Notes: generated from the sequence alone by a model not told the origin. A stretch of DNA of 64,000 nucleotides from Lingula anatina (GCA_051362555.1 CM120643.1:9920001-9984000); one strand, 5' to 3'; counted from the stretch's first letter, positions 49,501 through 63,603 are shown. Numbers and translations: made by a program.

Positions 49501-51613
49501 TTACTTCCTTGTAATATAATGAGACTGATACTTTTGCTCTGAAAATGCGTTTCTACACAAACTGAAGAAAAAGGAGTGGGCGAAACAGTTTGCTCAGCTT
49601 AAACTGAGTGAGGTATAAAGTGGATTTAATTACTTATTTGAAATGTTTTTTCTGATCTGGTGTTGTTGCACTGATGATACTTTTTGTTGCTACAAACTAG
49701 ATTCCATTTAGATTAGTAATTACGTTTGAAAGGCGAAAATTTCGCCTTCGTTGAAACTTGATTCCTTTCAGTCAAACTATCGTATTTGATTAACAATACA
49801 GGCAAGGATTACAAATAGAAAACTAGATTTGATTGCAGAGAATGCATTTCAAAGTGTTTCTTCTATTCAAGTTTATTGTAGTGTGAGGATTTGGCGAAAG
49901 TACACATGTATTGGATTTAAATGTCAGTGCACTCCTTGCTGGTGTCTTGTATTGTGTTCCTGTGGTACATGCTCTCCATCATGTGGTTCTTTTGAATGAA
50001 ATTGTGGAAAAAATGAGTTAAACATCATAATATTTATTCTGAGAGGCATTTTTTTTTTTTTTTTTTTTTAATTGTGCATGTTCTCCATCATGTGTCATTT
50101 TGAACTTGTTATATACATGTCCTGAGATAAGTTCAACAAGAAGTAATTAATCTTCTTTTTAGTTAAAAGAGGGGAGTTTAAAATCTGAATGCTTTTTATC
50201 TTGAATTTTTGATGTTTTGAAAATTGTGTCCTGTAATACTATATTTTGTTTATCATTAAAAGTTAAAGTAGCATCCGCATATTCAGGGTTTGAATATTTC
50301 CTCTGGCTTCAAAGCTAGGACCATCACGTAATTATTGATGGTAATTTTGGCAGACATGAAATAAATCCATATGTTTATGTGGAGTTACACGCCATTCCCA
50401 GGTAAATAAGCCTTCACGTTATGACAGCTCACCAAAATTACGCATACCTGGGAGTTGCGTCACACCAAAAGGCGCAAAGACCAGGAGACAGTCTGAGAGA
50501 CGGAGTGAAGGAAGTCGACGTGAAGCTCAACTTGAAGAATAGGAAGACGTAATGAGCACAATCCCTATACTTGAATTCAGGCTGTTGGATTTTATCAGAC
50601 ACTTATAAGGACAAGCTGCAAAAAGAGGAAGAAACTGAAGGAATGGAAAAAATAATGCCTTGAAGGATGTTTACCAATTAATAATGGAGAAAAAAAGGAT
50701 AGACAGTAGATTACATTCAATAGGCAGATTACAACTTACAGAAATATCCCCTCTCAGGGGCATGAATTGAAGTTTTGGAAGAAGTGCATCAGTCGGGTAA
50801 TTGTGTTCTGTTATTTTATCATGTCACAGACAGTTACAAGGATAGAAAACATTTTTTTTTTTACTTGTCAAATTTCCTTTCATCTGGTCTATGTATATGA
50901 TTATGTTTCAAAAACCAACGTGTAGGGCATAAGGAGGGATCCAGGGGTGGATGCAGATATATTTTTTGACGATCTTCCAAATTATCTTTGTTGATCCATC
51001 CTCCATTTTTGACCATATTCCAACAGAAAAAAAACAAAACAAAAAAAACAAACAAAAAAAAAAAAAAAAAACAGTTTCCTGTCAATGTAAACTAGAAAAA
51101 TTCTGACCGTCTTCCAGAAAACCCAAAAAATGGTCTCCATCCTCCCCTGAGATCTGTCTAGATTCATTGTTACAGCTGATCAGTTTAAACATACTAATAA
51201 GACACCTGTGCACCATAACACCTGCACAACACTGATACTGATGATCAGTAGGTGCCTTGGTAAAGACAGACAAAGTAAGTAAAAAATTCCTGAGAAAAAA
51301 AGATTTAAGTACACTGTATTTAAACTATCTGTGATATGGTGAAATGATTAAGCAAAATGAATTTAATTATTGCAAATTAAGGGGGGAATAGTCTGAATGG
51401 CCTTGTGGAAAGGAGAGTGAAAAAATGGATATATATCCAACTCTGGTGACCAAAAAATATTGTTGATGTATTGGTATTTGTTTCTTACTTTCTGTTGTTT
51501 AAACCATTGTTGTAAATATTAAAAAAAAGGCTGTTGATATTTAAAAAAAACTTTCTTCCTTTTGATTTTTCTTGACATATTTAATTTTGCTTTGTTCTAG
51601 TAGTTTAGCTTAA

Positions 51614-51969
51614 AGGGATAATAACTCTTCGTATTGGATCTATATTTCACAATCAAAACATTGTGAACAAATCATAGAACTAAAATATATTCTGTTGTAC
51701 CACAAAAACTGCAGTTATAGCTATTATTCTGATATCTGAGCTTGTCTTTACACCACATGACCTCCATTGATGGCTATACTCTGTTATAATCTCTTAAGAG
51801 ATTATAACCAAAAAAACAATCTTTTTAGAAAAAAAAAAAAAAAAAAAAAAAAAACAGGGACTAACTTTGAATGTAAAAATGGATTCATTAACCTTTGGTA
51901 AGTATGGGAAAATTGTTGTTTACTCCAGGAAAATTCATTTTTTGGCCAAAACAAAGAGTTATTATCCCT
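51614..51969. mobile_element. Kolobok-like non-autonomous element, copy 2
   Basis: TTAA TSD at 51610-51613 and 51970-51973; highly similar to 40442-40781. Confidence 0.88.
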
Positions 51970-54900
51970 TTAATATGTCAAATATGTATATGGATAGATA
52001 GGCCTGGTGACAGGATATTTGACTTTCTATCAGAATTTGAAAAAAATGAAAGTGACAAATATTTATCTGGGACATGCAAATAACAACACAGTAGGCCAAA
52101 GACCAGATTTTCATTAATATTCATAACATACATTTATAGCAAAGGATTGAAAAAGTAAACAAAAAACAGCCCCTGTACTTGACATGCAAGTCAGATTTTG
52201 TTGTCTTCTTTAAACATCAACGTTGACAGGAAACTGGGACGTAAATACAGCAATGTCAATGGCCTGCAATGAGAGCTTTGGAACACAAGGAAAATTGATC
52301 CTAAAATGTTCTTAGGTGACAAAAGCATCACTAAACCACAAAGACTTATAAAAGTATAAGGCAATATCTAGATCCTGTAGTTACCAACAATGACCCAAAG
52401 CAGGCAGAGATGATTTTGTCACTATTTAAGGGCGCATTCCCATAGATTTTAGATCGAGCTAACCCAATGGGGAGTCTCACTAGATTACTGTCAGATAATC
52501 CGGCTTAAATGTCCGTCCTGCCTAATACAAGCTGTAAGGGGGTAATTAACTTCTGCGCCCAGTCAGCTGACTGCAATTTAGCGTGAACCTGAACCCCCAG
52601 GGAGTTAGGTCGATCTAGTAAGATCAGTCTAAATCTCTGGGAATGCCCTCTAACATTCAGGTCACTGAGGGAATACTGAGAATCATTGGAACTCGACCAT
52701 TAGAGGCATCAAAGAACACAATGGCTTTGAAATGTGTTAAGAGAACTTGATGACTTTGTAGATGACAATTGACATATTCTTCAGGTCAGGACTGTTATGG
52801 GTGTTATGGGTGTTTTTGAGTCACTGGAGAACTTTGATGGGTTTTTTAGTCTGTGGCGTAAATTGCGTGTCAGAATTTGATCTTTCTTCGCCGTGATATG
52901 CCATAGGTGAACAGTCTGTCGTGCATTTTCTTTCATCTTTTTTTAGAATAGGATGACATAAATGTAGGCGTGATGCATGTCTTTACATGAACCATGTGTT
53001 TTTTTTTCTTTTTTTTCCATCTATCTTTTAAAGAGGTTTAATTCCAGATGATATTGATGGATGCAGTAATGTGATAATGAACAACTGCGGCATGAAGAAG
53101 CGTGTATGTCCATCCATTAATTTGGTTGAGAAGTTAATAAAGATAAATGCATGGAGGAGGTGGGTGGGTGGGGGAGGGTATATTCGCAGAGGCTGTGTTT
53201 GCAGCATAATTGATAACAATAGTTTTAGCTTTCGGTGTGGCTGCTTAGCAGTGGCAAATTTTGTCCTATAAGTTACACTTGAAACAAAATTTTTAGGATA
53301 GGTCAGAAATTGACTGTCTTAGAATCAGTTACATTTTGGTGGGAATCTATCAGTTAATTGATTAATAACCAGAATTGATCTGTCTTGGTGTAGGTATGTG
53401 TCTCCGAGTGCTGTCTAGTTTTAAAAAAAACCTGCTTCTGGTCTTACAATGCCGGTCAAGGTATGATGTAAATCACAGTGGTATATGTTCCTCAGTTAGG
53501 ACATTGCCTTAGCACTGATGACCAGTGTAAAAAATTTGATGTTATTAAAGCCAACAAAAAAATATTGTTTTAATTTCAAATGCTAATTTGTTGAGTTTGA
53601 TTGCCCTTTGAGAAATTTTTACACTTATCCTATGAGGTTATACACAACACTGCATATTGTTTTCAATTTTTGAGGGAAACAATTTTTAGTTTTAGGAAAC
53701 TTCAAAACTTCAGTCAATAAATGCAATGAAGAAATTGTGAAAGCATTTCACATTTTTCTTGGAAGATGAGGTTCTGCTGTCTGATGTGATAACGATGTCT
53801 CGGATGACTCACTTAATGGTTTACTAGAGCAGTGTTTCTCTCGTACATCCATAAAAACCCAAGGACTCATTCCCAATACAGAGGACTGGTGATTATAGGA
53901 GCATGAATTTGAGTTGGAAACAAAAGGAGGCGTGTTAATCTGCTAAACCAATTGCATTCAGCAAGAGTCCCTGCAGGGTTGGATCGATATATATATACCT
54001 TATATGATAGTTTTATTGGGATTGAGTCCTAAGATAAAAACATTTAGGTGAAAACTGATGTGAACAGAGCAGTAGGTAATCAGTCGCATGTCTGGTCTCG
54101 GCTTGTCCCGCATCAAAACAGACTGATGTAGACGTCTCCAGTGGTTTGTGGGAATTGAACTACTCAATAGCTGATAATGAACTATCATTTTTGTCTTTCG
54201 GCAGAATTTGCTGACATCTTGATTCCTCCAGAGATTTTGAACACCCAGCAAAAGAGGTGACTGTCTTGTGAGAAATGTGCGCCTGCATAAGGAATTTCCG
54301 TTAATGCTGAAGATGTTGATGTACTCTGGGAAAATAATTTACTTATCAATTTTCTGAACATTGGAAAATAAGATAATGCCAATATTTTCAGACAATCAGT
54401 CATTGTTATGGCAAGAAAATGAGTTAATTTTGTGAGCCTAATGAAACGTTTGCCCGTGTGACAGTGAGGAATATGGGTACTGGGATTTGGAAAGTTCGCA
54501 GATCTTTTGACGCCTTTCATCTTTAGGAGGATGCAATGTCATGGATACTTCTCTTTCTGTTGGAAATACTCCAAAGGTCTTCCCATTTAGAGCATTATGT
54601 CATAGTGATACAGTATACCATTTTATTGAGATGATGAGAAAATTCAGTCTAAGATCTTGGGAAGATGTGAGGTCCGTGAAGGTGTATGCAAGCGATCACT
54701 TAATGGACTGCAATTCATGTTACTTCTTTTAGTTTGTGATAGAACTTCATTATTCCAATACTATTTATGTTTGTTTGTAGTTATCAAGTTTTTGTAGTAG
54801 TCGAGTTTTTTACATTCCCACTGGAGTGAAAATGTTATTTTATTTGAGCTAACCAAATGCTGTATTTTCTTAGTTTTAAATGCATGCTAATTGATGTCCA

Positions 54901-55873
54901 GCACCCTTTAAGAATTTTTACAAGTATTCTATGATGTAATGCACAGTCTCATTTCTACAATTCATTTTTTTTTTTTTTTTTTTTTAGGGAAACAAAAGTT
55001 ACTTTCAGTGGATAATACAATGCTGGAATTCTAAAAGGTTTACTAGCATATATTTTTCTAGGAGGATGACTTTCTTCTTTTCGTTGTGATCTGTCCAGAA
55101 GATGATATCATTATACTGAAACCAAGATCAGGCTGATGTTAATCTAGATAGAGAACTTACAGTATTGACAGTCGACTGTCCCTTAGGCTCCATTTCCATT
55201 ATAACCATCAGTCTATGTACATATCAATCCAACTTTGCAAGGAATGACGCTGAGAACAATCAATTAAACTGAATGACACATCTTTTGTTTCCAATGTGCT
55301 CATATGTATAATCATCAGCTTTTCTGCATTTTACCCAATGCCAGACGGATGTGTGTCATTCAGTTAAGCTGATTGCACTCAGCAAGAGTCCCCGCAGAGT
55401 TGGATCAATCAACATAGTATTATGGTGTCTATGGAAATGAGATCTTACACTATATTACTTGCTCTTTCTATGAATATCAATACGTAGAGTCCTTAAAGTC
55501 CTGATAATGTGCCCCTTAATTTACTTCTGTTCATTAAAGATGACAGATCACTTTGATGCAGGTATTTATGCTGTCTCTCTCCTTAATTACCTCAAAGGAG
55601 GATTTAGTACACAAAGTGGATGATTGCCAGGAGCAGTGCTTTGCACCTTAAGATGTAGACGTGCTGAATTAATTTACCTGGAATGGTGATTAACGTTTTT
55701 CCAAGAAAATGTCATTAAGCCTTGTATTGTTTCATTTACTTAAGGAAATGGAAACAATGAAAAATATGATATTGTAGTATTCAGTGATCGAGATTGCAAT
55801 TCTGCTGAGTCAACAAATGATCAACTTTCCACTTTCATTGTGTCTGAGTCTGAGGAATACTTACAGGGGTATT

Positions 55874-55876
<3 letters not shown>

Positions 55877-55949
<73 letters not shown>
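55877..55949. repeat. (AG)n microsatellite
   Basis: Direct reading. Confidence 0.95.
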
Positions 55950-55951
<2 letters not shown>

Positions 55952-56178
55952 TGTGCATTGGTTTGAAATATTTAGAAAACCTAACTTACAATGATAATTA
56001 CCACTCCAGTTTTTAGCTGTCATTTGAATAATTTATTTTCATAACTTTGACTGCACAACATGGCTGATAAAATTATTTGAATTAAAAAGCCCAATTTTTG
56101 GGTTGCTTTCTCTTGTATTGCAAAATTTGACTTCCATTCAGTTGTTGATGGGGTCCCTGGACTTCTTATATGACATAG

Positions 56179-56180
<2 letters not shown>

Positions 56181-56227
<47 letters not shown>
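56181..56227. repeat. (AC)n microsatellite
   Basis: Direct reading. Confidence 0.95.
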
Positions 56228-56229
<2 letters not shown>

Positions 56230-57271
56230 AGCACGTACGTCTGCATGCACACCCACACACACACCAGTTGATTTAGAAGTGGGTCATTTTCTTTGGCACA
56301 TGTGTCAAGTCTTGTGTCAAGGTTAAGCTTCAAACTTGATCCCCACAAAAAGTACACAGATCTGAAAAGTGTCTGGAAAAAAAATAACTCGATTACCAAT
56401 TCTAAGGCCAAGTTGTCATGATAAAGAATGGCAGTGGAATAAATGGAAACAATTTTGAGGCCAAATGAAAGAAAAATGGCCATAGGATAGATGGTGCAGG
56501 GAGCGATTAAATGCAGCAGACATGATTAAAAAAGAAACATTGTGGTGGGTATGGGTCTTTTCCCCTGAGAAGGTCAGGTAATATGTACATATGATTATGT
56601 GATAAGAATAGGTGTTAATGTTTCATCGCACAGGTAATAGAGCCAGGTGAATGGATTAATATCTCACTTAATGGGGACACTGGCCTAGATTTGTCCTTTT
56701 AGGGACAGACATTGTGGTGAATTTTTTTTTTTTTTATCTCAAGTACTCAAAAAAAAAAAACAGCTTTGATCAGGAGCCTTTGTTGAATGCAGGACTCGGA
56801 AGATTTTTATTTACATCTTTTTTATATATAAATATGTGAAGGTTGCACGGAGGAAGCTTTTAAGGTATTTCAGGTCTTACTGCCTGCTGTAATCTTACTA
56901 CTGTAATCTAGAAATTGCAGACCCAGTGTTTGTTCTGAGACATTTTAACAAGGTACAGATATTTCAGCTGATTTTCTCAACCATATTCACTTGAACTTTT
57001 ATTGTGGTAAAGTGAAGTAAAGTTTACCAAAAAAAAAAAAAAAAAAAAACTTTCAGGAAATATTGCTGAAAGAAAAATGAACACATTTATATGTAGAAGT
57101 TGTGGGTTGGAAATAATGTTCTCTTGGACAGATTTCATGGAAATTGCTCCCCTGATTTCACTGATACAGAGTATGGGAAACAGTAGGCACTAGGACAGGA
57201 AATGGAATGATAAATTTTAGGAATGGAAGTCCGCGATCCCAGATCTTTAGTATGGGTTAAGGTTAAGTAGT

Positions 57272-57444
57272 CTGGGGTAGTGCTAGCAATTTTTTTCGCT
57301 TAGACAAATCACCACATTTTTGTCAATTTGTTATCGAAATGGTTATAATTTGGCTAAAACATGTCAAATCAAGCCCTTTTTCTTTAGCCAATTTAAGTCA
57401 GTTTTAGCATTTGGCTAAATTGGCGAGTGTTAGCGCTACCCCAG
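57272..57444. mobile_element. MITE with TIR CTGGGGTAG(C/T)GCTA
   Basis: TIRs at both ends; inverted relative at about 44500-44660. Confidence 0.75.
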
Positions 57445-58158
57445 CTAGTAGTATCTAGGTCAATATATGGGTCAGATGTCACCTACAGTTGTTAAAGGAA
57501 ACGGACTATGGTTCCTAGTGGACTATCATTCTTGTCATGAGGCTCTGTAAGTTTTGAAATGATATTATACAGCTAAAAGATGATTGACAATTACAAGCAA
57601 GGTGGTGGTGGTATTATATATATCATATTATGAGCCTTGGGAAGCAGGTGCTTGATTTTTGCCTTCCTGTGTAAACCTGCTGTAATCCTGCAGATAATGC
57701 TCTTCTTAAGAATATTCCCTTTAATGAAGAGATTAGCTGTGACAAAAGACAATTTAGGATAACAGTTTTATTTTGTCGAAAGACCTTGTAAAGCAGCGTG
57801 AGGTACTGACAGTGTAATGTAAAAGTGGTGTATTTTTTTCAAATCATTTCACATATACAGCTGGGATTTCTTTTTGGATTGTGACAGCGTGCATATGGTG
57901 TAATAAAGCAGTATACTCATATAACAATACAAAAAGTTAAATTCTGCCTTCTGTGGCAGACAACAGCATTACTAGTAATTTTATTCTTTTGTGATCTAAG
58001 CATTGGTTTAACCTCCCAATTTTATTCTCATTTGACTGAGGCAGAATTATGAAAAAAATGTATTATATATTGCTTTGTGGTAGAGTTAAGAGTTGCTTGT
58101 CAAATCGGGTATGCATTGATTTGGTATATGTGTGTGTGCAAAAGTCTTCTCAGAACAG

Positions 58159-58424
58159 AACTAGAAAAGCACTCCGAGAGCACAGACCTCCACCAAGGCA
58201 GCGATATTTGATTATTATTGATTTTTGATTGATTATTGATCCGAATCACCACCAAAAACTAATCACTTCTAAGTTAACCCATTTCCCACATACCCTGAAA
58301 ATTTCATCAAAATCGGTACATAACTTTCTGAGTTATGTTGATGACAAACAAACAAACAAACAAACAAACAAACAAACAAACAGACAGACAGGGGTGAAAA
58401 CATAACCTCCTTGGCGGAGGTAAA
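58159..58424 (-). mobile_element. Short DINE/HINE-like (Helentron-associated) element
   Basis: ACCTCCACCAAGG near one end, hairpin ACCTCC-TTGGC-GGAGGT at the other, (AAAC)n/(AGAC)n microsatellite, A-rich flanks, no TSD. Confidence 0.85.
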
Positions 58425-58494
58425 TGTGACCAGCTAGCTATAGTGAATGGCCATTCAGAGAATGATATACCTATGAAAATCTAGTGAACTCATT

Positions 58495-58678
58495 GAGCAC
58501 ATTCAGAACAGTGGACTAACAGATCCATGGATCAAATATGGCGACTCACTTAAAAGCTTGCCGCTTAATTCCGGATTAGACATTAAATAGATTCCTTGCG
58601 GGGATTACGCTACAAGCATTCAAGTGGGTCGGCCATATTTGATCCGCGGAGCTGTTAGTCCGCTGTTCTGAATGCACT
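58495..58678. mobile_element. MITE family B, near-perfect palindromic copy
   Basis: CATTCAGAACAGTGGACTAACAG...CTGTTAGTCCGCTGTTCTGAATG. Confidence 0.85.
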
Positions 58679-58735
58679 TATTCTCTGTGCTGTAGTGCGT
58701 CAGTGTAAGTATTTTTGGCATACAAGGTACCATGA

Positions 58736-58881
58736 CAGGGCTTGACACTAACTTTTTTCGATACTGGCCCGAAATATCGGTAAATATTGCAAGGATGATT
58801 TTACACATGACATTTTACTTGCTCTTTAGGCCAGTGACCCCAGCGATAAATGGCCCCAGGTTGGTTTTCAGTCAAGCCCTG
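58736..58881. mobile_element. Intact CAGGGCTTGAC-TIR MITE, 5-bp TSD
   Basis: TSD CATGA on both sides. Confidence 0.88.
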
Positions 58882-60368
58882 CATGATATATAATAGCGTG
58901 TGATGTGACAATATTAATGTCACTGTTATGTATCATGTGCCACAGGTGTGAAGTGAGAACACTTGTTACAAGTAATGGGTTTTTATTGGCAGTGGACTTA
59001 AGAAAAAACATATTGATAAAATGTATACAGCCAACTCGGTCCCTTTCCTGTTAGATAGCTAGCAGAGCATCCAGGCACTTGTATATTCCTTTCCACGCAA
59101 GTTCTGTCGTCCATCTTGATTTTTCTGTTATCCACCAAGGAAATTTCAGTGGCTTCTTTTCTCCATTCCCCCTCCTCAGCTCACTGATTGGTTTTCTTTA
59201 ATTTTCTTTTGGCCTGTTCAGAACCAACTTGATCCACGGACTAACTGATCCATGGATCAAATATGGCCGACCCACTTGAAAACTTGCTGCGTAATCCCGT
59301 AACAGATTCCTCGCAGAGATAACACCACAAGATTTCAAGTGGGTCAGTTAGTACGCGGGTCAACTTGGTTCTCAAAAAGGCTCTTTTGCTTCGAATTTTT
59401 ATCGAATCTTTCTTTTATATCTTCCCTCTGTCCATTTCTCCTTTTCAGATTCTTTTCTTTATAAAATAGAAGTGTTGTGTGCAAGGAAGTTAAAATTACT
59501 GAAGGGAGTATTAACATATAGGTGCATCTATACACAGTTTATAATTAGGCTAGCAAATGTCAAAATCTTCCTAGTCATATTTTCATTTTTTTTTTTTTTA
59601 TTCATCTATTTTGGATTGCATGCATAAGATATTTACCATTTGTATGCACGCTCTCTTGGAAAGCATGTTGAATGTATTTAACACCCCATTTCCATAGATT
59701 AGATCGACCTTCTTTAGATCGACCTAACTCCCTGGGGGTTCACGCTAAATAGCAGTCAGCCGGGCGGACACGAAAGTTAATTAACCCCTTACAGCTTGTA
59801 GTAGGCGGGACGGACATTTAAGTCGGATTATCTGAAAGTAATCTAGTGAGACTCCCCACGGGGATAGATCGATCTAAAATCTATGGGAATAGAGCCTTAG
59901 TTCTCTGTAGGTATAGGTCAGATAAGGATTAATGTGCCATCAGCTATATGACAGATAACAGAATATACACAGAGAATGAATTAAACAAATGCAGGTCCAG
60001 AGAAAAAAAAATTTATTACCCAAGAAAGCTCGAATTTCATTGATATAAATCCCTCGAATAATAATCTTTGGCCAGGATAAAATTACTTCATCACTCCAAT
60101 CCTTGTCCTTTTTTGTGGTTTTGCATTACCATAAGCATGGCATGTATTTGATTGCAGACTTGACCCCAAATGCCTTTTTTTTTTCGTAAGTAATAGATGT
60201 GTTATGAAATAGTCTGAAAAACAAATTACTGTGGTGTTTATACGCCCTTGAAAAAAAATAAGCATCAGTTGAAGTCACCCTCCTTGATGAGAAATGAATT
60301 CAGCAAGCAAATATGAAATGTGGCCAAGTGCAATGTGATGTAAGATTTTTCCTTCCACTGCAATCTTA

Positions 60369-60591
60369 AACCCCCTTTACATTGGACGGCGTCCTTTCTG
60401 CGTCCAGCAGTACGGCCCCATTTGAGAGTTAAAGAAGTATAATACTTTACGTGCCGACAACTGGCAGATCATTGAGCATTCATTCTGATACAAAATCAAT
60501 GCTCATGCCTCCTTATTAAGACCACAGCGATGCCAAATTTCATGGTCGCAGAAAGGACGCAGAAGGGACGCCGTCCAGTGTAAAGGGGGCT
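60369..60591. mobile_element. PIF/Harbinger-type MITE with long TIRs
   Basis: About 37-bp TIR A(A/G)CCCCCTTTACA.TGGACGGCGTCC.TTCTGCGTCC; TTA TSD. Confidence 0.88.
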
Positions 60592-60663
60592 TTAATGGGG
60601 ACATGTAACTAAATACAAAAGAAGATGACGTGTCTACATGAAGTAAGTAGATGAAATCATCTG

Positions 60664-60861
60664 GCCCCGGTTTCACAAAAAAACTTAAGTCGGGTTCCCT
60701 GGCTAAGAACTTTTAAAATTACCAAGGTTACATGGTCACATGGGCACATCTTACCCTATCAGGATCAGTGTAACAGCAGTCTCATGGAAATCCTAGTCAA
60801 CTAAGCCAAGGAACTGACTTAATTTTTTTTTTTTTTTTTTTTGTGTGTGTGAAACTGGAGC
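60664..60861. mobile_element. MITE with CTG TSD
   Basis: TIR GCCCCGGTTTCACA / TGTGAAACTGGAGC, CTG on both sides. Confidence 0.7.
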
Positions 60862-62854
60862 CTGCACGCCAAGGTCAAACTTGGAACAAGTTGACTGAAG
60901 GTTTGTTTACCCAGGTGATCTCACATGAAGATGTGCTTAGATAAAAATTCAACCCTAAACTGGTTTAGGTCAAAATGACATCACCCGAGACCAGTTGGAC
61001 GATGGCGTCAATTCTGTCTCAAAGAATCTCGGAGTAGATGTGCGTAGAATTAGTCAGAGAAATATATATGTGATGTATCTGGTGAAAAAATCACTGTGGC
61101 CTTGGTAAAGGCTAGTCTGAGGTTGCTGTGGTTTAAACTTTTACAGCTGTACTGCCTTATATTAAATGCAATAAGCAAGGGCTAATTATAAATTATTAAG
61201 TTGTAATATATATAAAAAAACATCAGAAATTAATTTATGACTAATTAATTAGGTTGAATGTCGAAGTCCTGTCTTAATCTATATTTAAATGCAAAGGACA
61301 AAAAAAAAAAGACAAAATAAAAAAAAGTTTTATGATGGGACTTTGGTTTTGCTGAAATAAAAGAAATTGTGTGCCTTGTCAAGGTTCACATCTGTTTTTG
61401 TAGTATGTAAGCTGGACTTTTTTTTTTGTCTAGTTTTCATCACTTTGTCCCAGGACTAATGGTAGAACAAAGTTAACATTGGACATCACATCATCAATCA
61501 CAACTAGGCTGAGCAGATACATTTTCTTCTGATTTGAATCGATAAAACTAATGGCGCAAAAGCAGAAACAAAAGGCTAAAAAAAATGAGAGAAAGCACTT
61601 TAGGTGGAGCAGACACTGATATTGATTGTTTTGATGATATTCTGCAAACAACTAAAAGCACTGTTTTGCCTTGCATGTATAAAAACTTCACTCTTTGTAT
61701 CAGTGCCTTTAATTTGTGCTACTGATTGGTCTGATATAATTAGCTAGTACATGTATTATATTGGCGAGAGTGCATGCATGCATGCATTTTTGTGCATTTG
61801 GCGTAAAAAGCCTACTAGTAAGTGCAGCAAAATCGGGACAGAAAGCCAAGAATGAATCTTCGGGAATTTTTTCCACAGTATTTGTCAACAAGTTTTGTTC
61901 TAAGCAGCATTGTCCAGTTTGGGGCACTTAAAAGGTTTTATCAACAACCTGAAACGTCAACACCAGTCTCTCTCGCCTTTTGTTCATAATATAGGTCACC
62001 TGTTTCCCTTCTGAAGCATCCTGTTTATTTACACTTTCTCATGCTTGTGGTTTTTGCAGGGGGCTGTTTCTCAGCACATATTTATAGGATGCACTGGCAA
62101 AGGTTGTCTTAGCAGGGCATAACCAGCGCATGATGCATATGTATAACCGTCTATGTTGAGTGGATTTAAAGTATATATAATTTCTGGTGCGAGGAAGCAA
62201 GGTGGGAGTGTCCTACTTGGTGGACTATATAAACTTGTAATGGGCTGTTTGTTTACTACATGCATTCCACATTAAGAATGTAAATGTAACTGCTACGTGG
62301 ATATATGAAACAGCTGGATTGGGTGTCCTTAAGAAGCATAAGACGCATTATTTTTTTAATGGAATTATTACCTCTTTGCAGGAGATATGGTATGTATAGC
62401 GATTTCAAACATAGGGAACTAGTAAACAAGTACATAGATACAGATAGATGAGTGTAGATTGATCATACGCCTTCATTTGGTACTTACGCTGCCCAGGCTT
62501 GATGTTGAAGTGTGTAATAACTTTATAGATCTAAGTACTATATACTGAATGTCATGTAGTTGTGGAGGCATTGGAGTTTTTTATTTTTTATTTTTTCATT
62601 ATTATTATTTTGCTGTGATGATGTTTTTTTTTTCCACATGTTTAATGTGTTCCTGATGTTCCACTCACTTGCCTGTTAATTATTGTTCATCTTGTCTGGG
62701 ATGAACAGGTTTTAACAGGTTTTGAAGTGAATATTTTTGAACATGTATAAAGAAAAATACTGTGCTACTTAAATTTGAGAAAAAAAGTCATAATTTACTC
62801 TCTTTTGAAAAAATAATTAACATGTTTTTTTGTCTTCGTATGACTCAGTTGTTC

Positions 62855-63255
62855 ACCTTGGATAAGACTGGCCAGAATATAAACCAGGTTTAACTGCCAG
62901 ATGTTGACCTTGCCCAAGACTGGTCTTGAAAACCAGGTTTAGTTGCCATATGTTGACCTTGCCCAAGACTGGTCTTGAAAACCAGGTTCAGTTGCCATAT
63001 GTTGACCTTGTCTTAGATTGTTCTTGAAAACCAGGGCTCTGTAACTTGAAAACATTGCGAATTGTGAACAGCGATATCACCTTTTATATCAAGGCTATTA
63101 TATGGGGCGGGTTATGGAATCGAGATTCTTGCGCTTGGTCGCAATTCGCGATGTTTTCAAGTTACGGAGCCCAGGTTCAGTTTCCATATGTTGACCTTGC
63201 CCAGGACTGGTCTTGTAAACCAGGTTTAGTTGCCATATGTTGACCTTGCACAGGT
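62855..63255. repeat. 49-bp tandem repeat (~5 copies) interrupted by a MITE
   Basis: AACCAGG recurs at 62882, 62931, 62980 and 63029, and the array resumes after 63171. Confidence 0.9.
63035..63171. mobile_element. 137-bp Harbinger-type MITE with CAG TSD
   Basis: TIR GGCTC(T/C)GTAACTTGAAAACAT.GCGAATTG; the empty site is visible in neighbouring repeat units. Confidence 0.88.
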
Positions 63256-63494
63256 TGTCTCTAATACACCCACCCTTCCTTTATCCATCCTCTCCTAGAT
63301 CTCTTTAGACTATTCATATTGAGGTCACAAAACATGCAAGGTGAGCCAAGGCATAATTCAAGCATGTAATGGAGAGGTGTTGCAGTAAATAAGGCACAAT
63401 TGTGAAGGTTAACAGAATAAAGATATTTTGTCATTGTATATCACCGAAAATAGGTAAACATTGCTTGGTTGCTTACTTGGATTTTTTCTTGTCT

Positions 63495-63603
63495 GGATGT
63501 ACCCCGAGGGTCAGGGTTATTTCAGTGGCATGTGTGTATTCTGGGGCTCGGAGTTATTTCAGTGGCATGGATGTACGCTGGGGGCAAGGGTAATTTCAGT
63601 GGT
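63495..63603. repeat. 37-bp tandem repeat, ~3 copies
   Basis: GT(T/A)ATTTCAGTGG at 63516, 63553 and 63590. Confidence 0.75.

Noticed and set aside
53034-53271. Open frame after a pyrimidine tract (GLIPDDIDGCSNVIMNNCGMKKRVCPS...)
   Set aside because: No recognisable homology and no phase-compatible neighbouring exon could be established.
54185-54520. 111-aa minus-strand ORF
   Set aside because: No domain similarity or exon context; this length is within chance expectation.
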